64,000 bases of DNA, taken from Ginglymostoma cirratum. Lineage: Eukaryota. Shown piece after piece: positions 13,700-25,646 of this stretch. The notes beneath the pieces are model-generated. The model saw nothing but the letters and a program-made list of their open reading frames with translations. It was not told the DNA's origin and searched no databases. The DNA is taken from positions 1 through 64,000 of the forward strand of contig JAHRHZ010000282.1 in NCBI GenBank assembly GCA_024137785.1. The letters run 5' to 3'. A program made the translations under genes and the position numbers. The number at the start of each line of letters is the position of its first letter. Within the stretch, counting starts at the first letter, position 1.

Positions 13700-14769
13700 T
13701 GCACAAAGTTCGAGTTCTGCTGGGCTGATTTTGATGTATCTGTGTTACTAATTCTAGACTCCAATAATCCAAGATAAGGGGAATTGGAGTAAAATACGAC
13801 AGAAAGTATGGAACAGCAAAAGTTGAGGATGTTCAGACATGAAGACGGTTGGATATGCGGATGGAGGTGAAGAAAGTATATTTTTCAAGGCAGGAACATT
13901 GATGGAGAAAAGCGAAAGGAGATACAGCAACAATACTTGCAGAGGATAGAATGGTGAGAAATTGTTGAAGAAGAAATGGAAGGAAGTGAAAAAAAACGAA
14001 CATGATGCACAGAGTTTAAAGATCAGGTGAAATCACAATTGAAGGAATCATGAAGGAAATATGGTGGCCTTATTGACATGGTGTAACTGTCACTGAATAC
14101 GCCACTATCAACATCCTAGCGGTTTAATAGATTGGAAACTAAACTGGACTCACCACATAAACACAATGGCTACAAAGCAGGTCAGAGGCTTGGAATCCTG
14201 TGGCTAGTAAAATATCTCCTGACTCCTCATCTGCAAGACACAGGACAAGAGTGTGATGGAGTGCTCCCCACTTGTCTGGATGAGTGCAGCCCCAACAGCA
14301 TTCAAAAGCTTGACCCCATCCAGGACAAAGCTGCCGACTTGATTGGCACTGCATCCACAAGCATCGACAGCCTCCTCTACCAAAGCTCAGTGTGTACTAT
14401 CTAACAGATGCTCTGTAAGTATTCACCAGTTGGCACCTTCCAAACCCATGACGAATTTCATCTGGAAGAACAAGGGGCAGCAGATATATGGGAATCCCAC
14501 GATTTGTAAGTTCCTTGCCAAGACTCTCACGATTCTGACTTGGAAATATATCGCTGCTCTTTCACTGTCACTGGGTCAAAACACGTGAATTCCCTTCTTT
14601 AGGGCATGGTGGGTCAGCCTGCAGCAGGTGGACTGCACCAATGCATGATTCAACCCACCACGAAATTCTCAAAGGAATAGAGGAATGGGTACTAAATGCT
14701 CGCCAGCCAGCGTCGCCCACAACCCAAAAATGAATAAATAATTAAAAAAACAATGTTACACAATCCAAT

Positions 14770-15050
14770 CATAGAATCCCTACAATGTGGAAGCAGGGCA
14801 TTGGGCCCATCGAGTCTACAGCAAGCCTCTAAAGTACATGTCAACCAATCCCTTTAACGCTGCATCTCCTATGGCTAAGTTACTTAACCTGTGGGAGGGA
14901 ACCAGAGCATCTGCAGGATATCCAAGCAGCCAAACTGAGACTGTGCGAGACCCCCAAAGACTATCGCCTGAGTCTGGTATCGAACCTGTGTCTCTGCTGC
15001 TTTGAGTCAGTAGGGCTAAACACTCAGACACTGTGCCTTCATCTCAAGAA
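14770..15050 (-). mobile_element. tRNA-derived HE1/V-SINE-like remnant
   Basis: Reverse complement resembles the SINE at 30704-31040; paralog at about 60970-61240. Confidence 0.55.
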
Positions 15051-16491
15051 CACTCAGCCACTGTGCCTTCATCTCAAGAACACTTCCAGAAAATGCATCA
15101 TTTGGTATTATCCCAAATATAGATTGTTAATTTCCTGACACCACTAATTTCCTAGCGATCCTGCCAGAGAACAGCACAATCACACTCACAGAAAATGTAA
15201 ACTTGTCATCTTGTAGACTCTTTGAGTCATTCTCACGACTTGCCTTCTCATTAATTTTTGAGACGTCTGTATATCTGGTAATCGTGAAGAAGATTCAATC
15301 AGGATTTGGATCGTGCTTTTCTGCTGTTTCGCCAATCCCATTCAGGTGAAGGAGACTTTACCACAATGTGTTTTTTTTTTAAAGTCCATTGTCCTTGTAT
15401 GGGCGGGGCAGGCAATGCTGGCATCCATCTCTAATAGTCAGTGACCATGTGGCGGTGTGGTCTCTATTTGACACACTGCAGTGCATCTGATATAGATACA
15501 GGAGTTGCATTTAATTGACAAAAGGTAAAGTAAATTAAATCTGGTTACAACGGATCTTACTAGTAAATGCAGAAAAAGCAACATTCGATTCTATTGCTTC
15601 GTTCATTGGAAATTTGCTTGTTTTATTTATTTATTTGATTACTTTTCTCATTATTGTATACAATCTCTCAGACCCACTGGCCCTCTGCATCAGCTGCAGG
15701 GAGATGTCAAAGTCCGCGAGCACCTTTTAGGTGGGGAACCACAGTTCTGACACTCGAACCAGATGAACTAACTCCCTTTTCTAGTTTTGCTTACAGAAAT
15801 AATAACTATTACAGGACGACATTCGATTTAATGTCTGTACAAAATCCTGTTTGTTCGTGAACAAGTTTATTGTGTTCCGGAAATAATTGCACAGAGGTCG
15901 ATATCCCATCACCAAGTCACCCTTCGTTTACATGTGCACACTACACTGGCTGTGGCCAGGCAGCTCGAGTCAATCCCTGAAGTGATGAGATTCAGCATCG
16001 CCTGTTTTAATCTATCGCCCAGGGCTCCCTGACTGGCAGAAGTTAACAACTCCAATCAAGGATCTCATGGTCAACGGACCACCAGGCTCCAAACGCTACA
16101 GTGCCTTGAGCAAAAATAACAAAGAACTGCGGTCGCTGGAAATCTGAAACAAAAACAGAAACAGCTGGAGAAACTCAGCAGGTCCGGCAGCAACTGTGAA
16201 GAGAAAGCTGAGTTAACATTTTGGGCCCAGCAACGCTTCTTCAGAACTTTGTTCCTTTCTTACAACTGCCATTATATGGATTGCGACTCAAAGGAATTTG
16301 AAAATAAGAAGTACTGCAGATGCTGGAGTCAGAGACAACACAGTGTGGAGCTAGAGGAACGGAGCAGGTCAGGCAGCATCCGAGGATCTCCTCGGATGCT
16401 GTCTGACCTGTTGTGTTCCTCCAGCTCCACATGATGTTGTCAAAGGACCTTGCAACTGCTTTGTTCGATTGAAAAGCAATGGATCTTGAAA

Positions 16492-16537
16492 CTCATTGGC
16501 TGTCACCTGATGTGTCTGCGAACAATGAACCAATGAG
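16492..16537 (+). promoter_or_regulatory. Putative V promoter: inverted CCAAT pair flanking an E-box
   Basis: CTCATTGG..CACCTG..CCAATGAG with 30 bp between the arms, 100 bp upstream of the leader ATG; conserved at 62643-62688. Confidence 0.55.
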
Positions 16538-16636
16538 TAGAGATCCTGAAATTACACAACCTCTTCGCAACTCTTGCCGAAAACCATCTGATCTTCTGCC
16601 GGTTCTGCTCACTTGCATCGTGATCTCTCTGCAAAC

Positions 16637-17443
16637 ATGTCGCCTGAAGATGTGTGTTTACTCCTCACAGCTGCAGCTCTTGTAACCAGTAGGTTGAAAA
16701 ATTATCTATTTCCGTGCTCAGTTCTTTACCGGGAATTACATTTATTCGAGCAGTTCGTGCAACATGGAGGCAGCAACATATTCTCCCCAAATGGACAACA
16801 CTTGTATCGAAACATGTCCCCAACAATAAGCAGAGTTTGGTAGAAATTAGCGTCTGTACTTGACTGAATGACAGTGGAAGAGTTAAACTGGAAATCCAGA
16901 CAGGACTGAGGCCATCGAGATGATTACACAGAGGGAGAATTTAAATCCAAAAGCAGTTTTCAGTTTTCCATTCAAGTTTCAGGGAAAGAAATGGGAAATT
17001 ACTTCCCCGTACGAAATGGATTCTAATTCAGCTTCCCTGATTTATTTCTCATGTTATTGATCAATGTAAGCGGGCTATTTCTGGGCAATAGAACATTGAA
17101 GTGCTTTGTTTAATTTTCTATAAATCCTGGTTCTTGCAGGACTTTGTCGTGGTGATTCTGTCTCACAAACAGCGGCTGCAATTTCATGAAACGAGGGGGA
17201 TGATGTCCAGTTATTCTGTAATTGCTCTACAATCAGCAACAATCCTGACCTGTTATGGTATCGTCAACATACCAGCGGCTCCATGCATTTTGTGCTCCTC
17301 AAAAACCAATATAGCGAGACACCAGCGAGTTTTCTCCCGGACCGTCTTTCCTCGGATTTTGATCACGTGAACTGCACTATCCAGCTGAGAGTGTTGAAAA
17401 CAGAACTGTCAGACTCCGCTGTGTATTACTGCGCATTGAACCC
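16637..17443 (+). pseudogene. TCR V-alpha-like pseudogene, copy A (leader 16637-16688, V exon 17140-17443)
   Basis: MSPEDVCLLLTAAALVT|gtaggt ... cag|LCRGDSVSQTAAAIS*NEGDDVQLFC..LLWYRQH..ELSDSAVYYCALN; one in-frame TGA at 17187-17189. Confidence 0.9.
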
Positions 17444-17482
17444 CACAGAGGCTTCGAACTGGGCTGACGCTGTACAAAATGT
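17444..17482 (+). promoter_or_regulatory. 23-RSS
   Basis: CACAGAG - 23 bp - ACAAAATGT. Confidence 0.85.
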
Positions 17483-18719
17483 CTCAGGGCGCCACTGAGC
17501 ATCACACTCCGTCAGACAAACAGTGAGATAGGAATGGATCTGAAATGGTTCCCGAATTGATGGTGATATTTCAGACTTCTCAATCGGACGCAAAACTTGA
17601 ATCATTAGAAAGCTATTCTTGAAATGAACTAATGCCGCCAGTTTCGTCAACTTAAAACAAATAATTTACGTTGTGTCTTTCATGATGTTCCAAAATATCA
17701 CTCTTACAGCGATGAAGCACTACCAAAAATTCAGCAACTGGTTTTGATCCAGCAAAATCCTTCAGTTAAACACCAAATTGGGTTTGAGTGACAATGACCT
17801 GGCACAGGATTCTAATAATGAAACGCTGGAGCAAACTGAATAATGTGAAACACGTTCTGGTTTATTGCTCGTCTCCCTTCACGTTAAAGTTCCAGAATGA
17901 CAAGTGAAAAATACGCAGGTCCAGGATATTGCAGACTTGCTCTAAAATATCAGGAAGGAAGTTATATGCAACTTATATCGGAACAACACTAATCAATTAA
18001 AAGCATTTTATAGCGGCTGATTAATGAGTCAGGGCCGCCAGTGAAAGTGTCAGTCACTTGAGTCTTTTGCTGTAAGGCTGGATGGAAATGAACATTTTTC
18101 ATCCTCTGTGTAAATTTCTTCATTCTTTGCTAGCAATTCAGATCTGAACATTTCAGTTGTGCAACCACCAGCGGGTTCCACTTATCTCTCAGGCGACATT
18201 TGAGACAAACCGAGTCCTGTTTTAATAGTGAGTCACAAAAGAGACATTCCTGACTTTGGGTGATCGAATGCAGTGAAATATGTTTCTGCACATAACAGGA
18301 TTTTCGTGGGACGTGGCATCCCTCAGGAGATAGCACATTCTGCACAGTCAAAATGCCACTTTCAATGTAGAACGTGTGAAAGCTGTTGATCTGGGTCATA
18401 CATGAGAGGTGACATGTTGAGAAGTGAACAATCGCGGAAGTTTATGATAGGCACCTTCACAGGTAGTTTATAGGAGTGTTCAGTCTTTGTCTCAGTGCGC
18501 CATTGTACAGTGATGCATTGCAGTGTCTGACAGTTCAGTTCTAGCATCACCAATAATGTCATAACTTCTTGTTGATTAAGCGGATAAGCCGGCAGTGACA
18601 GTCGATTATATAACAGTGCAGCACAGTAACAGTCCTTTCGGCCCACCATGTCCCTGCTGTCTCTGTTGCCGTTCTAAACTATTCCTATCTACTTACCCAT
18701 TGTCTGCATGTCTCATTCT

Positions 18720-19935
18720 AAACTAAACAGGTGACGAAACTGTTGAATGAGGGTAAAGCTGTTGATGTGGTGTATATGGATTTCAGTAAAGCGTTTGATA
18801 AGGTTCCCCACGGTAGGCTATTGCAGAAAATTCGGAGGCATGGAATTGAGTGTGATTTAGCAGTTTGGATCAGAAATTGGCTAGCTGTAAGAAGACAGAG
18901 GATGGTGGTTGATGGAAAATGTTCATCCTGGAGTTCAGTTACTAGAGGTGTACTGCAGGGATCTGTTTTGGAGCCACTGCTGTTTGTCATTTTTATAAAT
19001 GACCTGGATGAGGGCATAGAAGGATGGGTTAGTAAATTTGCGGATGACACGAAAGTCGGTGGAGTTGTGGATAGTGCGGAAGGATGTTGCAGGTTACAGA
19101 GGGACAAAGTTAAGCTGCAGAGCTGGGCTGAGGGGTGGAAAATAGAGTTTAATGCAGAAAAGTGTAAGGTGATTCACTTTGGAAGGAGTAACAGGAATAC
19201 AGAGTACTGGGATAATGGTAAGATTCTTGGTAGTGTGGACGAGCAGAGAGATCTCGGTGTCCATGTGCATAGATCCCTGAAAGTTGCCACCCAGGTTGAT
19301 AGGGTTGTTAAGAAGGCTACGTTGTGTTAGGTTTTATTGGTAGAGGGATTGAGTTTCGGAGCCATGAGGTCATGTTGCAGTTGTATAAAACTCTGGTGCG
19401 GCCGCACATGGAATTTTGTGTACAGGTCTGGTCACCGCATTATAGGAAGGATGTGGAAGCATTGGAAAGGGTGCAGAGGAGATTTACCAGGATGTTGCCT
19501 GGTATGGAGGGAAGGTCTTATGAGGAAAGGCTGTGGGACTTGAGGCTGTTTTCGTTAGAGAGAAGAAGGTTAAGAGGTGACTTAATAGAGATATACAAGA
19601 TGATCAGAGGATTGGATAGTGTGGACTGTGAGAGCCTTTTTCCTTGGATGGTGCCGGCTAGCATGAGGAGACATAGCTTTAAATTGAGGGGTGATAGATA
19701 GAGGACAGATGTCATAGGTAGATTCTTTACTCAGAGAGTAGTAAGGGCATAGAATGCCTCGCCTGCAGCAGTTGTCGACTCGCCAACTTTAAGGGCATTT
19801 AAATGGTCTTTGGATAAACATATGGATGATAATGGAATAGCGTAGGTTCGATGGCTTCAGATTGGTTTCACAGGTCGGAGCAACATCGAGGGCCGAAGAA
19901 CCTGTACTGTGCTGTAATGCTCTATGTTCTGTGTT
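18720..19935 (+). mobile_element. Relatively young, 5'-truncated CR1 LINE (RT domain plus 3' UTR)
   Basis: VDVVYMDFSKAFDKVPH..GVLQGSVL..SKFADDTK in a 199-aa ORF, one frameshift near 19325, then a 125-aa ORF and a TTCTATG-like tail. Confidence 0.92.
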
Positions 19936-20519
19936 CTATTCCTTGCCGATTCATGTAAAAGCTAAACACCACTTAAACATTGCTGTTGTATCTGCTTCTA
20001 GCCCCTTCTCTGCTCGCGCCAACCAGTCTCTGTGTGGAAAAAATGTGACTCGCACATTTCCTTTGAACTTTTCTCCTCTCACCTTAGACCTAAGCCCCTT
20101 AGTATTTGACATTTGCTGCCGGGAAAACATTCCTGACCATCTACCCTAATCATGCTTGTCATAATTTTATCTACTTCTATCAGGTCGTCTCTCACTTCTG
20201 ACGCTAATGCAAAAGTAATGCAGGTCTATGCAGCCTCTCCTTACAGCTGATACACTCCGACCAACTTAACATCGTGGTAAATCTCTTTTGAACCCTTTCC
20301 TATTGTGTGTCGACCAGTACTGTACAGTCAGTGGTGGTGCCACTGACAGCACGTAGAATGCAATTTTCGTGTTTAACCTCTCACTGTATTAGTGTCATGC
20401 TACGCCATCAATTGCAAAAATCAATGATCCCCTTGTATATTCCCACCTTTCTCCTGGATTCCATCCAAAGGTTTATTTCACAGACTAGTCATCCACAGTG
20501 TAACAAAAGGAATGATCTC

Positions 20520-20795
20520 ACAGCATCAAACCAGATTCGGAAAACTGACAATTCATCATAATAATGTTGCGGTTAAAAGTAAAAGTTCTTTTCTTTCATC
20601 TTTAAAATAAGGCTGCATTTTTCTGCGGCTGTTCTTTCGTACATCATTCTCTTCAATGTATTTCCTGAACACTGTTGTGACTCTGGAACTCCAGAGACAT
20701 CGTTGTGTCCCTTTGAGCTCGGATGGTGAGGACATAGTGATATTACACATGCTCCTGTCACAAGACTGTATCAAGTTATCTTCCATTCCAAACAC
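20520..20795 (-). pseudogene. Possible highly decayed V relic
   Basis: Across frames: MEDNLIQS.., KEKNFYF, ELSVFRIWFDAVR (compare ELSDSA.YFCAVR). No valid RSS. Confidence 0.3.
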
Positions 20796-21049
20796 GACAA
20801 CAACTTATTTATTTTCGATTCTGCCCTTTGGACGTTGCCCAGTGGTGATGAACATGTTTTTCACAGCTGCAGTATGGCTGCCTCTGCAAGAGACTTTCTT
20901 GCCACTTCACTTAAACTTCACACATTGAAGTTTTTTGGTAATCTGAGCGGTTATAAAGATCACCACATGACAATCACTCAGAAAATCTAAACGCACTTAG
21001 TTAACGGCTGCAGCAGGTATGGCTGTATTAAAGCAGAACATTAAAACAT

Positions 21050-22400
21050 ACAAAAGGTGGAGAAATCCTCGATACTGGATGAGGTACACACTGGAACTCG
21101 ATGAGAAACTGGAGACGTGATTGCTGGGCCCTTTGCTGAGATATTTGTATAATCATTAGTCATGGGTGAGATTCCGGAAGACTGGGAGTTGGCTAACCTG
21201 GTGCCATTAATTAGGAAAGGTGGTAAGGAAAAGCCAGGGTATTATCGAACGATGAGCCTAACATCAGTGGTGGGCAAGTGTTTGGAGGGGGAGTCTGAGG
21301 GACAGAATTTATTTGGAAAGGAAAGCGTTGATTGGGGACAGTCAACATAGCTTTGATGTTGGGAAATCGTGTCTGACGAACTTGATTCAGTATTTTGAAG
21401 AAGTAAGGAAGATGATTTTTGAAGGCAATGTGGTGAACACTGTTCATATGGCCTTCAGTAAATCTCTGGACAAGGTTGCTTATGGTAGATCGTTTAACAA
21501 GGTTAACCAGGAAGAACCACCCTTTTGGATACAAAATTGGCGAGAAGGGTGGAATGGTGGAGGGTTGCTTTTTGGAATGGAGTGTTGTGACCAGTACTGA
21601 TAATTTTGATAAATGTGAAATGTTTCATTTTGTTAAGGCCAAAAAGTCTGGGCTTATGCCCTGAAGCGCGTGGGTCCTGGTGATTCATGCTGAAAAAAGG
21701 AACCTTGGGATGCAGGATCCAAAGTTACTTGAAGGAGGAGTTGCAAGTTGACAGGGTCGTGAAGAATGCATTTGGCATGCTTGCGTTAATAGGTCAGGAG
21801 TGTTGTAGTTGAGAGATCATGGTGTGGGTGTACAGGACATTGTCGAGGCCACTTTTTGAATATTGCTTTCAATTCTAGTCTCTCTGCGGCAGTAAAGGTC
21901 TTTTTAATCTTTAAAGTGTTCAGAAAAGTTGACAAAGATGTTGCTGGGATTAGAGGATTTGATCAAGAGGGAGAGGCTGAATATGTTGGCGCTATTTTCC
22001 CTGGAGCATCGGAGCCTGAGAGGGTACCTTGCAGAGGTTTATAAAATCATGGAGGGCATGGATAGGCTGAATAGCCAAAGTCTTTTTCCCAGGATATGGG
22101 TGCCATAATCAGAAGGAATGGGGTTAATGTGTGGGGGAAAGAGTTGACAGTCACCCAAGGAGCTCATTTCTCACACAGATGGTAGGTACATTATGAATGA
22201 GCTGCCAGAGGAAGCAGTGGAGGCTGGTACAATCACATTAAAAAGTTATCTGGATGCATACCTGAATAGGAAGGGTTTAGAGGGATGTGTGCCAAATACT
22301 GCTAAATGGGACTAGATTCATTTGGGATGTCTGGTCTGCTTCGACAATGTGGACTGAAGGGTCTATTTCCATGCAGTAAATCCCTATGACCCTATGTTAA
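21050..22400 (+). mobile_element. Degenerate CR1 LINE
   Basis: GEIPEDWELANLVPL.RKG..YR..SLTSVVGK; KSCLTNL..F; MAFSKSLDKV. Confidence 0.85.
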
Positions 22401-22585
22401 TCTATAACGCACTCACTAATGTTATTGGCTGAACGAGTCACTTGTGTTTGAACTAGCTTATTGTTGTTCAGCTCTCTCACTGCTACTGCCTTGGATTGGC
22501 CTCTTCGGGAAATGCTGATTTTGTTGCTTTATTAACAGCCACAATTTGGAAATTGCAATCCCTTTATCTTGGGATTTGCAAAGCA

Positions 22586-22995
22586 CGGTGCATCCCTTCT
22601 TCCTTCTTTCCCCAATATGGGAGGAATAAGTAGAGGGTGTGGGTTGATTGAGAAACATTAGAATAATGGTGCGGACACATCTGGTGGATGGCTTGTTTTT
22701 ACCGTTTGCTTCATTGTATCATTTTAGACCAAATATATCAGCATCTGTTTTTGGTCATGTCTGCATCGAAAAGCAATGACTGTGGTATCGTTGCAGATGT
22801 TGGAATCGTACCGATTATGTTTCACACCAGCCCTTCACTTGAAAACTGTCTGTGGAGTGCGCGAAAAGCTGCCCAGATGAGCATTGAGTTTGTAAAATGG
22901 ACTGGAGACATGTAGAAATCAAACATTAAATCTCTTGGTGCAGCGTAAGGCACATTACCTGTTGCAATAACGAGAATGCAGGGTATTAGCTCGCA
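22586..22995 (-). pseudogene. Possible decayed V relic with leader-like exon
   Basis: ELIPCILVIAT-G|gtaatg, short intron, then FRCRHDQKQMLIYLV (compare FWYR..LIYL) and a CACCGTG heptamer without a nonamer. Confidence 0.3.
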
Positions 22996-23691
22996 TCCTG
23001 CGAGTTGTGCCCTTTGTGAACAGAGACATGAGATGGAATGGTAAAATTGACAACCTGAAGAAACAGCAAAGGTAATCGCTATCACTGCTTAACTTCAACG
23101 GTTCGCTTTCAAAAGTGGGGAAATCTACAGAAAAACACTGACCTTAGGAAATTTTCTGCATTATTCTCCACACCAAAAGACACTCGTTGAAATTTGTATA
23201 TGGAAGAAGATTATTGTAAACCATTTGGACCTTCCAATCCTACCTACCGTTTCAAAACTTTTTTTTTACCTTTATTCATTTAGGGCATGAGGGCATTGCT
23301 GGCTAGGCAGCATTTATTGCACATCCCTAATTGCCCTTAGGGCTGTTAAAAATTAAACACGTTTCTGTTGGTCTGGAGTAACATGTCGGCCAGACCAGAT
23401 AAAGATGGCAGTTTCCTTCCCGAAAGGTCATCTGTAATCCTGATGTGTTTTTCAATGACAATCTACAATGGATTCATAATTCATAATTAGATTCTTAATT
23501 CCAGATATTTGATTGAATTCAATTTCCACCATCTGCCATGGTGGAATTCAAAGCCAGGTTCACAGTCCTTTACCTGGGCCTCTGGATTTACAGTCCAGCG
23601 ATAACACCACTACGCCATTGTCTCCCCCATCGTTCTTTCCACTACTCATTACACAGATCCAGCACCTTTATCCTCCTATATATGTATGTAC

Positions 23692-23697
<6 letters not shown>

Positions 23698-23730
<33 letters not shown>
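23698..23730. repeat. (TA)n(CA)n microsatellite
   Basis: Visible dinucleotide run. Confidence 0.9.
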
Positions 23731-23731
<1 letters not shown>

Positions 23732-25036
23732 TTACCGGGCACTTTCTGAAAGCCTTTCTTACTTTTCCTCCCTAAAAGTAACTTGGCCGTATGTTACAGA
23801 TGTTAACAACTCGCTGCATACAAGTTCACATTCTCACGCCTAGTGGACAATTTGGTTGCAATTAATCCCCCCAAAACATCGATCGAAGCGGAGAAAACTC
23901 TTTTCCCATTAAGCTAAGGTAATGTAGGGGGCTCACAGTAATGTCTTCTGATTAAATATAGGCAGCATTGTCATCGTAATTGAATGTGAAAAATATGTTA
24001 AAGATGTTCAAATGCAATGATTTTCTGATGGTCTTCATATTTGGCCACTGTTATAACTGCCTTCAGTTTGAAAAGTCCTGATGGACAAAATGGCTGGGAT
24101 GCGTTTTGGATGCTGAAGCCATTTTTGTTTGTGCTTCTCAGTTTTAAGAGTGTTCTGTGCTGTGCGCCAGATGCAACAGAGAAATGATTAAAATCGTGCA
24201 CGTAGTCAAATCATAGATCTTTGCAAACAAAAACTAATGGATTTTGTCGAAGTCCGTTTTTTGTTCAGAATCATATTGTTCAATTTTCCATCAGAATAAT
24301 TGTTAAATGTGTTTCCAATTATCAACTGTACCATAACAATAAAACAAGGAACTACAAATGCTGTAGGTTTGAAAACAAAACACAAATTGCCTGCGAAACT
24401 CGACAGGTTCTGCAGAAGCTGTGAAGATAAAGGAGAATTAACTTATCAAGTCCGCTGACTTTTCACCAGAACTGTCGGCCTAGTTGACTATCTGTGAGAA
24501 ATTGAAGTGAGCCTTACCGTCCCACTTTCAAACTGTACGAATATTGGAACCTCCACGACTCCAATCTCTACTTGAGTACAAACAATAAGCCACAGACTTG
24601 TCAGAGACGTTCAATTCCCAAGAATACATGGCACATTTTTTAGTGATTTTTAAGGATTTATACATATAATTTAATTATTTAGCGTCAGTCAAAACAAATA
24701 AAAAGCAATGTAGATGTGTGCAGCAGTTGCAATAGAGAAGGGCTAATTTCCCCTCATGATAATATAGCCTTCATTGAAGAATGAACAGCAAACTGAAACA
24801 TTTCAGTGACCGGAGATCGATGCATCTAATTTATCCGAACCAACCACGAGACTGTGCACTTATCCCATCAGGAACATTCAGAGAGGGAGAGGAGAGAAAT
24901 GACAATCAGAAACTGGCAAATGTATTGAACAGTCTAATGTAGAAGCAAAATATCCTTTCTGTTTGCCTTGAATAATATTGATCACCTTAATCTATAACCT
25001 TGATTTTTTTATGGTAGAGGGAAGGTGGAGCACGAA

Positions 25037-25038
<2 letters not shown>

Positions 25039-25085
<47 letters not shown>

Positions 25086-25098
25086 TGTGTGTGTGTGT
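25039..25098. repeat. (GT)n microsatellite
   Basis: Visible dinucleotide run. Confidence 0.95.
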
Positions 25099-25646
25099 GG
25101 GTGGGTGGAATGGGGTCGACGGCGGCAAGAAGGTGTCTGGAACTGCTGGTACTGTGAAAGATTTGAACTAAATCTGAGCTTCATTCAATTGTGGCACAGA
25201 TTGCACGATTCAGAACGTAAAATAAAAACTGCCAAGATCATTGTTGAGGACATAATGGGCTTTTCATCAGTACCGTATCAAAGTGAAGGACAACGTGAGA
25301 GATTTCGATAAATAGATGCAATCGTCCTTAGACATGTATGAAGGAGATGGAACAAGGAAGTGACAGAAGAATGGCTGCGAAGAGGGAAGGACAGAAAGAA
25401 CTGAATATCAAATGAAAAGTCCTTGAACATTGGAAATTTATAATACTGATCACGAACACAGCCCGTGGTTTAGCACCTCGTCCTGAAATACACAACTTAT
25501 TGTAATTTTACATTCCGTTAGTTTTAGCAGCAACCTGTGTCAAGAATAGAAATTGTACTGTTCATTTCTCCAGTGGAAAAGCATAAACACACAAATATTA
25601 TTCAACTTTGAGAGAGAGAGAGAGAGAGAGAGCGTTGCACGCTGAT

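Larger units (their letters stand above)
1..17850 (+). repeat. Segmental duplication copy A (paralog of about 54200-64000)
   Basis: Collinear anchors: 1-2830 ~ 54198-57120; 5200-5760 ~ 58030-58600; 12770-17850 ~ 58920-63990. Both V genes, their promoters and unique flanks are shared. Confidence 0.9.

Noticed and set aside
15021-15084. 30-bp direct duplication containing CACTGTG twice
   Set aside because: No nonamer at 12 or 23 bp; lies at a SINE end and is single-copy in the paralog, so a local slippage duplication.
17016-17070. ATG..GTAAG segment as leader exon of the V at 17140 (and 63162 in copy B)
   Set aside because: 50 nt, wrong phase, with in-frame stops in both copies. The real leaders are at 16637 and 62788.
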